From: an uncultured Candidatus Saccharibacteria bacterium
GTDB taxonomy: Bacteria > Patescibacteriota > Doudnabacteria > UBA920
Reading direction: 5' to 3'
Assembly (NCBI GenBank): GCA_964561085.1
Contig: CAZLNP010000002.1
Coordinates: 75,440 to 139,439 of the forward strand
DNA: 64,000 nucleotides
Below, piece after piece: positions 1-9,777 of this stretch (position 1 is its first letter; each line of letters opens with the position of its first letter). The notes beneath the pieces were generated by a model. The model made no database searches. It was not told the DNA's origin and saw only the letters and a program-made list of their open reading frames with translations. The position numbers and the translations under genes are program-made.

Positions 1-1
1 T

Positions 2-202
2 CCTCTTTCAACTCAATCTAAATTCGGTTCTTGGTTCACCTTTGTTAGTATTTTAGGTTTGAAAAGATGCGCTTTGTTATATCAAGTAAGAATGGTTAGT
101 GCGAATAGGCTGCAAAGAAGGATAACCGCTCTTGATTCAGAAGATTTTGCTTTGGTAAAACAAAAACTCGAGAAACTACTCGAGCTTTGCAATTATCACT
201 GA
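2..202 (+). CDS. PemK/MazF-family endoribonuclease, 3' partial (missed by ORF track)
   Basis: Frame 2 reads PLSTQSKFGSWF...CALLYQVRMVSANRLQRRITALDSEDFALVKQKLEKLL...H* (TGA 200-202). It matches the PL(S/T)..Q(I/V)R..S..RL pattern of the PemK C-terminal half and aligns by eye with ORF 40690-41091. Confidence 0.75.
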   Translation, partial: PLSTQSKFGSWFTFVSILGLKRCALLYQVRMVSANRLQRRITALDSEDFALVKQKLEKLLELCNYH

Positions 203-290
203 GATAATTAAATCTCAGATCGGGGGATTTACCCAAAATTATTATAATCACCAGGACAAATATCCTGGATCGGTGCCAAACGCCAAATAT
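195..290 (-). ncRNA. Candidate small structured RNA of two ~50-nt tandem units, convergent on the PemK 3' end
   Basis: + strand units ATCAC-stem-GATCGG-N9-CCAAA at 195-237 and 247-287. Stems differ in sequence but both pair (TGAGAT/ATCTCA; CAGGA/TCCTG). Lies directly downstream of a minus-strand promoter. Confidence 0.5.
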
Positions 291-296
291 ATATTT

Positions 297-325
297 ATTT
301 TACAATTTTAGCAATCAGCCGTCAA
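297..325 (-). promoter_or_regulatory. sigma70-type promoter pointing toward the PemK 3' end
   Basis: Minus strand TTGACG (325-320), 17-nt spacer, TAAAAT (302-297); no evident protein gene follows on that strand. Confidence 0.65.
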
Positions 326-375
326 GAAAAATTAAAAAATGATAAGAAATTAGTTGCGTATGTTAAAATGAATAT

Positions 376-771
376 ATGAATGAATACAATTGGTACGCGC
401 AACTTATCAAGCCTGAATGGGCACCACCGGCTTGGCTATTTGGCCCTGTGTGGACTGTTCTCTATGTAATCATCGCCATTACGTTTATAACGGTAGTAGT
501 GATGGTGTGGAAGAAAAAATGGCCAAAGAGTATGTTGTGGCCGTTCATGTTGAACTTAGTGTTTAATTTTAGCTTCACGCCGCTTCAATTTGGATTGCAA
601 AATAACTTTTTAGCTGCCATAGATATATTGTTGGTGCTAGGAACTTTGGTGTGGACAATGTACGCAGTTTGGCCAAAGGCGCGCTGGATCACTTACGCGT
701 TAATTCCATATTTGCTATGGGTTAGTTTCGCATCGGTGTTACAACTCTCAATTACTTACTTAAATCTATAG
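376..771 (+). CDS. tspO: TspO/MBR tryptophan-rich sensory protein
   Basis: WY..L.KP.W.PP.W.FGPVW motif, PYLLWVSFA, hydrophobic helices. Confidence 0.93.
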   Translation: MNEYNWYAQLIKPEWAPPAWLFGPVWTVLYVIIAITFITVVVMVWKKKWPKSMLWPFMLNLVFNFSFTPLQFGLQNNFLAAIDILLVLGTLVWTMYAVWPKARWITYALIPYLLWVSFASVLQLSITYLNL

Positions 772-773
772 CT

Positions 774-1088
774 ATGTATTCCGATGAAATTAAAAAAGTT
801 ATCCAACAAGTGAAGGATGGTAAAGCCGTCGTGTTAGATGTGCGTCGACCTGATGAATATAGAGGCGGCCATGCAAAAGATGCGGTGCATTTAGATAGCG
901 ATCGTTTACTTGGTTTAGGGGAGTCTCCAGACATAGATAAAGAAATGCCAATTTACGCATATTGTAAAAGCGGTGGTCGTGCAGGGAGAGTGAAGAATGA
1001 GTTAACTCGCCGTGGTTTTACGAAAGTATATAACTTGGGTGGTTTTGCCGATTGGGAAGCTGCTGGTGGAGAGGTGGGGATAGAATAA
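774..1088 (+). CDS. Rhodanese-like domain protein
   Basis: LDVR..EY..GH...A, YCKSGGRA active-site loop, NLGGF..W. Confidence 0.9.
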   Translation: MYSDEIKKVIQQVKDGKAVVLDVRRPDEYRGGHAKDAVHLDSDRLLGLGESPDIDKEMPIYAYCKSGGRAGRVKNELTRRGFTKVYNLGGFADWEAAGGEVGIE

Positions 1089-1090
1089 TT

Positions 1091-2482
1091 TTGACTAAAA
1101 CAATTTTCAAATGGGACGCGCAGGCAGAGCGAGCGCTGGAACTAATGGAACATGGCAATGACCATGTTTTTATTACTGGGCAAGCAGGAACAGGGAAGTC
1201 GACTTTGCTTGAACACTTTCGTCGTACAACAGAGAAGAACATAGTAGTCTTGGCGCCAACAGGTGTGGCTGCTGCAAATGTTGGGGGTCGCACTATTCAT
1301 TCTTTTTGTGGTATTGGTCCAAGTTCAAACATGACTAAAGCCAATAAGTTAAATCCCAACGATCCGCATAAGGAAGTGGTACAGCATTTGGATATGGTGA
1401 TTATTGATGAAGCCTCCATGGTTCGTGCTGACCTTTTAGACTATTTCGATAAATTCCTGCGTGCTAACACAAACGAACCAAAGCGCGCGTTCGGTGGAGT
1501 GCAGATTGTGTTAGTAGGAGATTTGTATCAGTTGTCACCGGTTGTGACTTCTAATGAAACGCAGATGTTTACGAAGACGTATCCAACGCCATACTTTTTT
1601 TCTGCAAATATTTTTCAACAAATTAGTTTTAAGTTTGTGGAGCTAGATGTAGTGCATAGGCAGAAGGATCGCGCTTTCCTGAAATTGCTTCAGTCTATTC
1701 GCGTGAACTCGGCAAAGACAGATGAGTTGAAGGAAATTAACAGCCGCCTAGTAGACCAAGATGCAAATGACATTGAAGACTTCACCGTGTACCTCTCTAC
1801 TACGAATGCAATTGCGGAGAGAGTGAACGGGTACAAGCTTAGTCAGGTGGATGGCGAAGTAAAAAGTTTCCAAGGAATTTTTACAGGGCGTTCAGATAGC
1901 TTTCAACCACCAGCAGAAAAAGACTTAAAGTTAAAAGTTGGTGCGCAGGTGATGATGCTTAATAACGAAAAAACTGGTAAGTGGGTGAATGGCACAGTCG
2001 GAAAGTTTTTGGGAGTGTATAAACAGACTAAGCAAGAGTTAGAAAAAGAAATGCGCGGCAGTGGAGCAGAAAATGGTGGCGAGTTGTTAATGGTGGAATT
2101 GGAAGATGGCACCACGCAATACATTCCGCGCAATCGGTGGGATATTATTGACTTCGTTTGGGATGAACAAGATGGCGCTGTGGAAAGTGATGTAGTGGGA
2201 ACGTACAGTCAGTATCCGGTTAAATTGGCTTGGGCGATTACGATTCACAAAAGCCAGGGCAAGACTTTTGATAATGTGGTGATAGACCTGGGTAGGGGCG
2301 CTTTTGCTCATGGGCAGCTTTATGTGGCTTTGAGCCGTTGCCGCACGCTAGAGGGCATAGAACTCATCAGAGAGGCTTCTATGGGCGATATTAAGATGGA
2401 TGCGCGCGTAGTTGAATTCCTCGACATTTGCCGTAAATTCGGGGAGCGGAATGTGATGCTTGGGGGTGGGGGGTTGTTTTAG
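1091..2482 (+). CDS. PIF1/RecD-like SF1B DNA helicase
   Basis: GQAGTGKS, LAPTGVAA, DEASM, GDLYQL, WAITIHKSQG, GQLYVALSR. TTG at 1091 preferred over 1052 to avoid overlapping the rhodanese gene. Confidence 0.9.
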   Translation: MTKTIFKWDAQAERALELMEHGNDHVFITGQAGTGKSTLLEHFRRTTEKNIVVLAPTGVAAANVGGRTIHSFCGIGPSSNMTKANKLNPNDPHKEVVQHLDMVIIDEASMVRADLLDYFDKFLRANTNEPKRAFGGVQIVLVGDLYQLSPVVTSNETQMFTKTYPTPYFFSANIFQQISFKFVELDVVHRQKDRAFLKLLQSIRVNSAKTDELKEINSRLVDQDANDIEDFTVYLSTTNAIAERVNGYKLSQVDGEVKSFQGIFTGRSDSFQPPAEKDLKLKVGAQVMMLNNEKTGKWVNGTVGKFLGVYKQTKQELEKEMRGSGAENGGELLMVELEDGTTQYIPRNRWDIIDFVWDEQDGAVESDVVGTYSQYPVKLAWAITIHKSQGKTFDNVVIDLGRGAFAHGQLYVALSRCRTLEGIELIREASMGDIKMDARVVEFLDICRKFGERNVMLGGGGLF

Positions 2483-2535
2483 AAAATTTAGAATTCAATA
2501 ATTTTATATTCTAATTTTTAGTAAAAAATTAGAAT

Positions 2536-2564
2536 TTGACAAATCTGTATAACTAGTTTATGCT
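2536..2564 (+). promoter_or_regulatory. sigma70 promoter of the Fic-RM island
   Basis: TTGACA, 17 nt, TATGCT; AT-rich inverted repeats immediately upstream. Confidence 0.6.
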
Positions 2565-2587
2565 TTGTGTATAAGTAATACAGAACT

Positions 2588-3727
2588 ATGTCAAAATCTC
2601 GATGGATCTCAGGTTCCTATAAGAAACAATTCGAATACAAAAGCTTTTCACCCGAAATGGTAAATAAGCCTTTTGTATGGACTGATCCAAGCATAGATTT
2701 GCTGATGGCCGATTCTATGCGTTTTCTTGGTGAGCTAAATGCTTATTCGACACTAGTTCCTGATGTAAACTTTTTTATTCAAATGCATGTTATTAAGGAA
2801 GCCACAGTCTCTAGTCGTATTGAAGGAACTAAAACTAACATTAACGAAGCGTTGCTTTCAGAGGAAGATATTAAACCAGAAAAGCGTGATGACTGGGAAG
2901 AAGTTCAAAACTATATCCAAGCAATTAATTTTTCGATAGATAAGTTAAATAGCTTGCCGATTTCTTTCCGTTTAATTAAAGAAACTCACAAAGTATTACT
3001 TTCGGGTGTTCGTGGGTATAGTAAGCTTCCTGGGGAAATTCGAACAAGTCAAAACTGGATTGGTGGATCAAGTATTACAGATGCAGCATTTGTCCCGCCT
3101 CATCACGAGGATCTACCAGAACTTCTTAGTGATATCGAAAAGTTTTGGCATAATAGAGATTTGCAAATACCTGATTTAATTAAAGCAGCGATTACACACT
3201 ACCAATTTGAAACTATTCATCCATTTTTGGATGGTAATGGTAGAATGGGCCGCTTATTGATAACTTTGCAATTAGTAGACCAGGGAATACTCCAAAAACC
3301 AACGTTGTATGTTTCTGAGTTCTTTGAAAAGCATCGCGCACAGTATTATGATGCACTCTCTCAAGTAAGACAGTCCAATGATATTGAGCATTGGATAAAG
3401 TTCTTTCTAACTGGAATTTCTGAAACAGCCAAGAAAGGTAAAATTACTTTTGAGAAAATTATTGTTCTTCGAAAGAAGTACGAAGATGTTATTGAAAGCA
3501 GGCTGAGTCCAGCACGTCAAAAAACTGCTAAGGAACTCTTGAAGAAGTTATTTTCCAAACCAATGGTAACTGTTCGAGAAATTAAGGAAATGATGAATGT
3601 TTCTACTCAAACAGCGGCTGTGTTAGCAAAAGAATTTGAAGAAGCAGGTTTGATTAAAGAAAAAACTGGGCTTTCAAAAAACCGAATTTTCTTTCTTCAA
3701 GAATATATAGATCTATTTATTAAATAA
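2588..3727 (+). CDS. Fic family protein with C-terminal HTH
   Basis: [12 protein letters not shown] Fic motif; SSRIEG autoinhibitory motif. Confidence 0.92.
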   Translation: MSKSRWISGSYKKQFEYKSFSPEMVNKPFVWTDPSIDLLMADSMRFLGELNAYSTLVPDVNFFIQMHVIKEATVSSRIEGTKTNINEALLSEEDIKPEKRDDWEEVQNYIQAINFSIDKLNSLPISFRLIKETHKVLLSGVRGYSKLPGEIRTSQNWIGGSSITDAAFVPPHHEDLPELLSDIEKFWHNRDLQIPDLIKAAITHYQFETIHPFLDGNGRMGRLLITLQLVDQGILQKPTLYVSEFFEKHRAQYYDALSQVRQSNDIEHWIKFFLTGISETAKKGKITFEKIIVLRKKYEDVIESRLSPARQKTAKELLKKLFSKPMVTVREIKEMMNVSTQTAAVLAKEFEEAGLIKEKTGLSKNRIFFLQEYIDLFIK

Positions 3728-3733
3728 AAAACT

Positions 3734-5722
3734 ATGGAAAACTTTTCACAAAAAACTTCAATGATTTGGAATATCGCGGACATTCTTCGCGGTGGCTGGA
3801 AGCAACATGAATATCAAGATGTAATCTTGCCTTTTGTTGTTCTTAAACGTCTTGATTCGATTTTAGAACCAACTAAGACAAAAGTTCTTGAACAGCATAA
3901 CCAATGGAAAGGCAAGATTAAAGATGTCGAGCCGATTCTAAAAAAAGCTTCAGGATCAGAGTTTTTTAACGTGTCACCATATGATCTCCATAAATTAACT
4001 GAAGACCCAAATAACATTGCTAAAAACTTTGATCAGTACTTACAAGATTACAGTGAAAATATTCGCGATATCATCGAGAAGTTTGATTTTCATAAACAAC
4101 TAGAACGCCTTGAAGGTGGTAATTTGTTGTATTTAATTATTCAAGAATTAAATAAAGTAGATTTACACCCAGACAAAGTAGATAATCATCAAATGGGTTT
4201 AATTTTTGAAGAATTACTTCGAAAATTTTCGGAAATGTCCAATGAGACTGCGGGGGAGCACTATACTCCACGTGATGTAATTAAAATTATGGTGCAAATC
4301 TTGCTTTCACCAGATGCAAAAGAGCTAAATAAACCACATGTAATCAAAAAGATTTATGACCCCGCAGCCGGGACCGGCGGAATGTTAACAGTTGCCAAAG
4401 ACTACATTTTAGAGAACATTAACCCTAAAGCAGATATCTACTTGTACGGCCAAGAGTTAAACTCAGTTACTTATGCTATGGCAAAGTCAGACCTTCTAAT
4501 TAAAGGTGAAGATCCGAACTTGATTCGTGGTGGTGAAAAAGATCACTCTAAAGCAAGCACTCTTTCTAATGACCAATTTTTTGGTGAAGTATTCGACTAT
4601 GGACTTAGTAACCCACCTTATGGAGTAGATTGGAAAAAAGATAAAGATTTTGTAGAACGAGAGGCCACTCGAGGTTTCGCTAGTCGCTTTGGTGCAGGAA
4701 CTCCAAGAATCTCTGATGGGCAATTATTGTTCTTACAGCACTTAGTTTCTAAAATGAAACCTGTAAGCGAAGGTGGGACACGTTTGGCAATTGTTCACAA
4801 TGGCTCCCCATTATTTACCGGAGATGCTGGAAGTGGTGAAAGCGAAATTCGTCGTTGGCTTCTAGAAAAAGATTTATTGGAAACGATAGTAGCTTTACCA
4901 GACCAATTGTTTTACAACACAGGCATAAATACCTATTTGTGGTTTTTAAGTAATAAAAAGTCAGAGCAACGAGCTGGGAAGGTACAGCTAATTGATGGTC
5001 GTAATATGTTCATGAAAATGCGAAAAAGTTTAGGACATAAACGGCACGAAATTGACGATGAATCAAAAAAGAAAATTTTTGATCTGTACGATAAATTTGA
5101 AGAAAATGAATTCTCAAAAATATTCAAAACTACCGATTTCGCTTATAGACAGATTCAAATTGAACGTCCGTTGAGATTGAACTTCCAAGCATCTAAAGAG
5201 CGAATTGATCTAGTAAAAGAAGAAGCTGCTTTTCTAAAACTTAAACCTACTGAACAAGAAGAAATCATTACTATCTTAGAACAATTCCCAAACAAAGATC
5301 TATTTACTAACCGCGAAGAGTTTGTTAAAGTATTTGATCTTCAAACCAAGGAATTAAAACTTAAAGTTCCCGTAAAGAAAGCTATTTTAAACGCGCTTTC
5401 TGAACGTGATGAAAATGCAGATATTTGTTTAGATAGTAGTGATAAACCAGAAGCAGATAGTGAACTACGAGATTACGAAAATGTACCATGGGGAACAAAA
5501 GTAGAAGAATACTTTGAGAAAGAAGTTAAGCCCTATGTTGCAGATGCATGGATTAACGAAACTGTCCGAGATCACAAAGATAATGAGCTTGGTAAAGTTG
5601 GTTATGAGATTCCCTTTACACGGTATTTCTACAAATATGTTCCACTTCGTAGTTTAGAAGAAATTGAAGCTGATATAGAAACAGTGGAAAATGAATTATT
5701 AGATTTGTTAAAGCAACTATAA
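3734..5722 (+). CDS. hsdM: Type I RM methyltransferase subunit (m6A)
   Basis: GEHYTPR, DPAAGTGG (motif I), NPPY (motif IV). Confidence 0.95.
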   Translation: MENFSQKTSMIWNIADILRGGWKQHEYQDVILPFVVLKRLDSILEPTKTKVLEQHNQWKGKIKDVEPILKKASGSEFFNVSPYDLHKLTEDPNNIAKNFDQYLQDYSENIRDIIEKFDFHKQLERLEGGNLLYLIIQELNKVDLHPDKVDNHQMGLIFEELLRKFSEMSNETAGEHYTPRDVIKIMVQILLSPDAKELNKPHVIKKIYDPAAGTGGMLTVAKDYILENINPKADIYLYGQELNSVTYAMAKSDLLIKGEDPNLIRGGEKDHSKASTLSNDQFFGEVFDYGLSNPPYGVDWKKDKDFVEREATRGFASRFGAGTPRISDGQLLFLQHLVSKMKPVSEGGTRLAIVHNGSPLFTGDAGSGESEIRRWLLEKDLLETIVALPDQLFYNTGINTYLWFLSNKKSEQRAGKVQLIDGRNMFMKMRKSLGHKRHEIDDESKKKIFDLYDKFEENEFSKIFKTTDFAYRQIQIERPLRLNFQASKERIDLVKEEAAFLKLKPTEQEEIITILEQFPNKDLFTNREEFVKVFDLQTKELKLKVPVKKAILNALSERDENADICLDSSDKPEADSELRDYENVPWGTKVEEYFEKEVKPYVADAWINETVRDHKDNELGKVGYEIPFTRYFYKYVPLRSLEEIEADIETVENELLDLLKQL

Positions 5723-5723
5723 T

Positions 5724-6923
5724 ATGGCCCAAGATAATAATATAATTTGCCCTAACTGTGGAGCATCAATTTCAATTGATGATGCTTTGACACACCAAAT
5801 TGAAAACAAGCTCAAAAAAGAATACGAGGATAAAGAAAAGTCTTTAAGAGAGTCAATTGAGAAAGAATCTTCAAAGAAGCTAGAAGAAGATAAGGCTGAT
5901 ATGGAGATGAAAATAAAAGCGCAGATTCTGAAAGATGCTGAAGCAAGTAAGATAGCGGCTGATGAAAAAAATAAACTTCTTGAGGAACAACTTGCAGACA
6001 AAGATGCAAAACTAAAAGAAGCGCGTCAAAATGAAGTTGTTCTTATTAAAGAACAGCAAAAACTAAAAGACGACAAAGATGCTTTTGAGTTGGATAAGGA
6101 ACGCCAACTTGCTGAAGATAGAAAACAAATTGAAGAAAATGCTTCAAAAAAAGCCACAGATGCAAAACAATCCGAAATAGACCAACTTAATAAGAAGCTT
6201 TCTGATGCTACAAAAGCAAAAGACGAACTAGCTAGAAAACTAGAACAAGGATCTCAACAAACTCAAGGTGAAGTCCAAGAATTAGCTCTTGAGGAACTAC
6301 TTAAAAATGAGTTTATATTTGATGACATCTCACCTGTAGGCAAAGGTGTTAATGGCGCAGATGTTATTCAGACTGTTAAAACAAAGTCTGGTGTTGAGTG
6401 CGGAAAAATAATATGGGAATCTAAGAAAACTAAAACATGGACTGAGGGGTGGATACAAAAACTCAAAGATGATCAAAGACAAGTAAAAGCAGATCTTGCT
6501 GTCATTATAACGTCTGCAATGCCTCAAGGAACAAGCGGTATCACCCAGAAAGATGGTGTATGGATTTGTGATATCAAATTGGCTTTATCAATAGCAATTC
6601 TACTAAGACACTCACTGGAAACTGTTTCCAGAGAAAAGTCTATGTCTGTAGGGAAAAATGAAAAAGTTGAAATACTTTATGCGTACCTCACTGGTACAGA
6701 ATTTAAGCAAAGAATTGAAGTAATAGTAGAGACATTTTCTAGTATGAAAAAATCTCTTGATAAAGAGAAGCTTTACTTCACAAAAATTTGGGCAGAAAAA
6801 GAAAAGCAAATAGATCGAGTTATCCAAAATACTATAGGTATTTATGGTGATTTGAGCGGAGTTGTTCAATTACAAAAGATTGAGTCACTTGAACTACCTA
6901 GTAGAGAAGATAAAGAAGAATAA
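5724..6923 (+). CDS. DUF2130-like protein: CxxC, long coiled coil, C-terminal PD-(D/E)xK-like domain
   Basis: ICPNCG N-terminus, E/K-rich coil, GSQQTQGEVQE, GAD...IIWESK. Confidence 0.8.
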   Translation: MAQDNNIICPNCGASISIDDALTHQIENKLKKEYEDKEKSLRESIEKESSKKLEEDKADMEMKIKAQILKDAEASKIAADEKNKLLEEQLADKDAKLKEARQNEVVLIKEQQKLKDDKDAFELDKERQLAEDRKQIEENASKKATDAKQSEIDQLNKKLSDATKAKDELARKLEQGSQQTQGEVQELALEELLKNEFIFDDISPVGKGVNGADVIQTVKTKSGVECGKIIWESKKTKTWTEGWIQKLKDDQRQVKADLAVIITSAMPQGTSGITQKDGVWICDIKLALSIAILLRHSLETVSREKSMSVGKNEKVEILYAYLTGTEFKQRIEVIVETFSSMKKSLDKEKLYFTKIWAEKEKQIDRVIQNTIGIYGDLSGVVQLQKIESLELPSREDKEE

Positions 6924-6924
6924 T

Positions 6925-8235
6925 ATGCAAACACTTAATCTTACAAAAAAATACGAAGTTTACCCTGAATACAAAGATTCAGGTGTTGAGTGGTTAGGGA
7001 TGATTCCAAAAGAATGGAGAGTGGGAAAAGTTAAAGAAGTTTTTAAACTTTTAAAAGAAAGATCCTTCAATAATTCTGAATCTGAAATATTATCGCTCAC
7101 ATTAAATGGTATAAAAACTAGAGATGTTTCAAATAATGAAGGACAAATCGCTGCGAGTTATGAGGGTTATAGAAAAATAATCAAGGGAGATATTGTATTA
7201 AACCCGATGGATCTTGTGAGGGGTTTTGTTGATTCTTCTAAGTATGAAGGCATTATTAGCCCTGCTTATGCTACATTAAGAAAAAAAGATAAAGAGATAA
7301 ATTCACAATATTATAATTATTTTTTTCAAAAACATTACTTTGAAGGCATATTTCACCCTTTTGGTAATGGTGTTTCAGTAGATCATCGTTGGACGCTAAA
7401 AGATGATACGTTAGTTAATTTCCCAGTTCTAACAATTCCATTTGAACAACAAACAAAAATTGCAAAATTCTTAGACCAGAAAACTATTTTGATTGATAAG
7501 ATTATTGAGAAAAAGAAAAAGCAAATTGAGTTAATAAAGGGGGAAAGGAGAGTAATAATAAATAATGCTATTACAAAAGGGCTGGGTAAAAGTGTAGAGA
7601 TGTTTGATAGCGGAGTTGAATGGATCGGAAAGATACCTAAAGGATGGAGTATCGAGAAATTAAAAAATAGAACAACTTTTCTTAATGGTTATTCATTTGA
7701 TAGTGGTGAATATGTAAATGATGGTTTACCAATAATAAGAATATCTGATGTAGGGCAAGAAGTTGATTTTACTAAGGTTAAAAGAGTTCCTTATATTTTG
7801 AGAGCAAAAATTAATAGATTTTTAGTTAAAAAAAATGATTTACTGATTGCTTTAACTGGAGGAACAATAGGTAAGACATCTATTTACGACAAACTTGACG
7901 AAGTCTATTTGAATCAGAGAGTTGGAATCATAAGACCAAACAATGAATTAGACTTAACCTTCTTAAAATTTCAGATTGCTTCAAATGTTTTCAAAAAAAA
8001 TATAGATTTACTTTGTATCGGAGGAGCACAACCTAATATAGGAAAAAATGAAATAGGGAATATTTTATTCCCATTTCCAAGCAAAGACGAACAAAAGGAA
8101 ATATCAAGATATCTTGAAGTGAAAAATAGAGTTTGTGATGAGGCTATAAGTAAGATAGAGTCTACAATAGAAAAATTAAATGAGTACAAAATTTCTCTTA
8201 TTTCCGATGTTATAACAGGAAAGGTAAAAGTATAA
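6925..8235 (+). CDS. hsdS: Type I RM specificity subunit
   Basis: Two conserved DSGVEW.G.IP..W repeats and P...EQ..I helices flanking two TRDs. ATG 6925 follows the upstream stop. Confidence 0.93.
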   Translation: MQTLNLTKKYEVYPEYKDSGVEWLGMIPKEWRVGKVKEVFKLLKERSFNNSESEILSLTLNGIKTRDVSNNEGQIAASYEGYRKIIKGDIVLNPMDLVRGFVDSSKYEGIISPAYATLRKKDKEINSQYYNYFFQKHYFEGIFHPFGNGVSVDHRWTLKDDTLVNFPVLTIPFEQQTKIAKFLDQKTILIDKIIEKKKKQIELIKGERRVIINNAITKGLGKSVEMFDSGVEWIGKIPKGWSIEKLKNRTTFLNGYSFDSGEYVNDGLPIIRISDVGQEVDFTKVKRVPYILRAKINRFLVKKNDLLIALTGGTIGKTSIYDKLDEVYLNQRVGIIRPNNELDLTFLKFQIASNVFKKNIDLLCIGGAQPNIGKNEIGNILFPFPSKDEQKEISRYLEVKNRVCDEAISKIESTIEKLNEYKISLISDVITGKVKV

Positions 8236-8237
8236 AC

Positions 8238-8687
8238 ATGTCTCAATTTCAACTTACAACTGAATTAATTAAACTTAGTTTTTCCCCAATATGGGATGAA
8301 GCTAAATTAGAGTGGGAACTAATCGGAGTTGAAAAAGTCTCTGAGTCAGATGCTGAAGAATGTGTCTGCGGCAAGTACCCAATATTGGAGATTTGCACAA
8401 TTAAAAATAAGATAAACAATAATACAGCCAGAGTTGGTAATTCTTGTGTAAAGAAGTTCATTAATGAGTCAGATAAGATATTTCGATCTATTTCTCAAAT
8501 TAAGAAAAGTATTGATAAGTCACTTAACGCAGAAACAATCAGCTTTGCTTTTGAGAAGCATTGGATTACACAAAAGGATAGAAATTTTTACATTGACATA
8601 TTCAGAAAAAGAAATCTTTCAGAAAAACAAAGTAATTGGAAGACTTCAATAAATAAAAAAATTCTGAATAGGATAAAATATGAGTGA
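8238..8687 (+). CDS. Hypothetical Cys-containing (putative Zn-binding) protein
   Basis: ECVCG...C...VGNSCV; translationally coupled within the RM operon. Confidence 0.7.
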   Translation: MSQFQLTTELIKLSFSPIWDEAKLEWELIGVEKVSESDAEECVCGKYPILEICTIKNKINNNTARVGNSCVKKFINESDKIFRSISQIKKSIDKSLNAETISFAFEKHWITQKDRNFYIDIFRKRNLSEKQSNWKTSINKKILNRIKYE

Positions 8688-9777
8688 TATAAAAGCAATA
8701 AAACTAAATCAGACATCAAGAAACACATCAGAAATACCTGATGTAATTTTGGTGTCGCCCAATAATCCCAACTTCAAGACTAGGCAGATTCTTCGCTCAA
8801 AAGTAATTAACAACACAAGAACACCTGAGGATACCTTGAGTGTTGATTTGATACACGAAAAAGTCGCTGACGACGGAATTTGGAGCACTTCCTATCAGGA
8901 CTTGAGAAAGTTAAAGGAGGGAGAGTCTATACGAATACAATTAGACTCTGCTCAGACGAGAGAACTCTATAACAATATTGGTGAGCATTACGACGTAAGT
9001 AAGCTTGGTGTTAAGGGTGGAACTAGATATGTTATTTCAAATCAGAAAGATGTTGAGAACATCATCTTTGCTGAAAGTTCTGACAAAAAAGCACTTGCAG
9101 AGAAAGTTTTATCAGAAATAACTGATGCAGAAGCCAAAGACATCGTCGCCTCAGATAACAAATTAATTAAAGGTTTCTTTAATGCATTACCACAGATAAG
9201 AGTTGATATCCTTAAAAGTCTTAAAACACAACTTGAAGGAAATTTAAATAACAACGAAAAGAATCTTCAGAAGTGGATTGATGAGAATAAAAAAGTTCGA
9301 TGTATGATTTTTGGCCTTGAGTTCATTGATTACAAGAGAGAGGTTTCGTTTGGTAACTCCCGTTTTGATATTTTAACCGAACAATCTGGTCTTGATCATG
9401 TAATCATTGAGATGAAATCTCCAAATGTTAAATTGTTTGATGTTGTAAGAAAAACCACTACTAACGGTGAGAAAGATGAGTACGTTATTTCAAAAGATTT
9501 AGGAGAAGCTATACCCCAAGTAATAAAGTACTTTGATGAGTATCAAAGAGAGAATGATGAAACTTTTAAGAAGAATGGAGTATCAAAAAAGAGAGTGTCG
9601 AAAGCGATTATTTTAATAGGAAGAAATGAAAAAGATAATTCAGTTTGGCAAGAAAATTTTAACCGGTTACGACATAGGCTTTCTGGAATAGAAATACTAA
9701 CCTACGACCATTTAGTAGAAAAGATCAGTAACCAAATTGATAATCTGAAGATGCTAAGTAACGAAGAAAATATATGA
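8680..9777 (+). CDS. Shedu (SduA/DUF4263)-like anti-phage nuclease
   Basis: NEKNLQKW, RFD...IEMKSP, AIPQV..Y, ILIGR, IEILTYDHL motifs typical of DUF4263, plus an N-terminal extension. Confidence 0.75.
   Translation: MSDIKAIKLNQTSRNTSEIPDVILVSPNNPNFKTRQILRSKVINNTRTPEDTLSVDLIHEKVADDGIWSTSYQDLRKLKEGESIRIQLDSAQTRELYNNIGEHYDVSKLGVKGGTRYVISNQKDVENIIFAESSDKKALAEKVLSEITDAEAKDIVASDNKLIKGFFNALPQIRVDILKSLKTQLEGNLNNNEKNLQKWIDENKKVRCMIFGLEFIDYKREVSFGNSRFDILTEQSGLDHVIIEMKSPNVKLFDVVRKTTTNGEKDEYVISKDLGEAIPQVIKYFDEYQRENDETFKKNGVSKKRVSKAIILIGRNEKDNSVWQENFNRLRHRLSGIEILTYDHLVEKISNQIDNLKMLSNEENI

Noticed and set aside
195-290. Mini-CRISPR array
   Set aside because: Only two units, conserved parts are 5-6 nt, the variable parts are self-complementary stems, and there are no cas genes in the window.
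6925-8235. Phase-variable hsdS shufflon
   Set aside because: Single hsdS, no invertase and no silent TRD copies; the internal repeats are the normal conserved regions.
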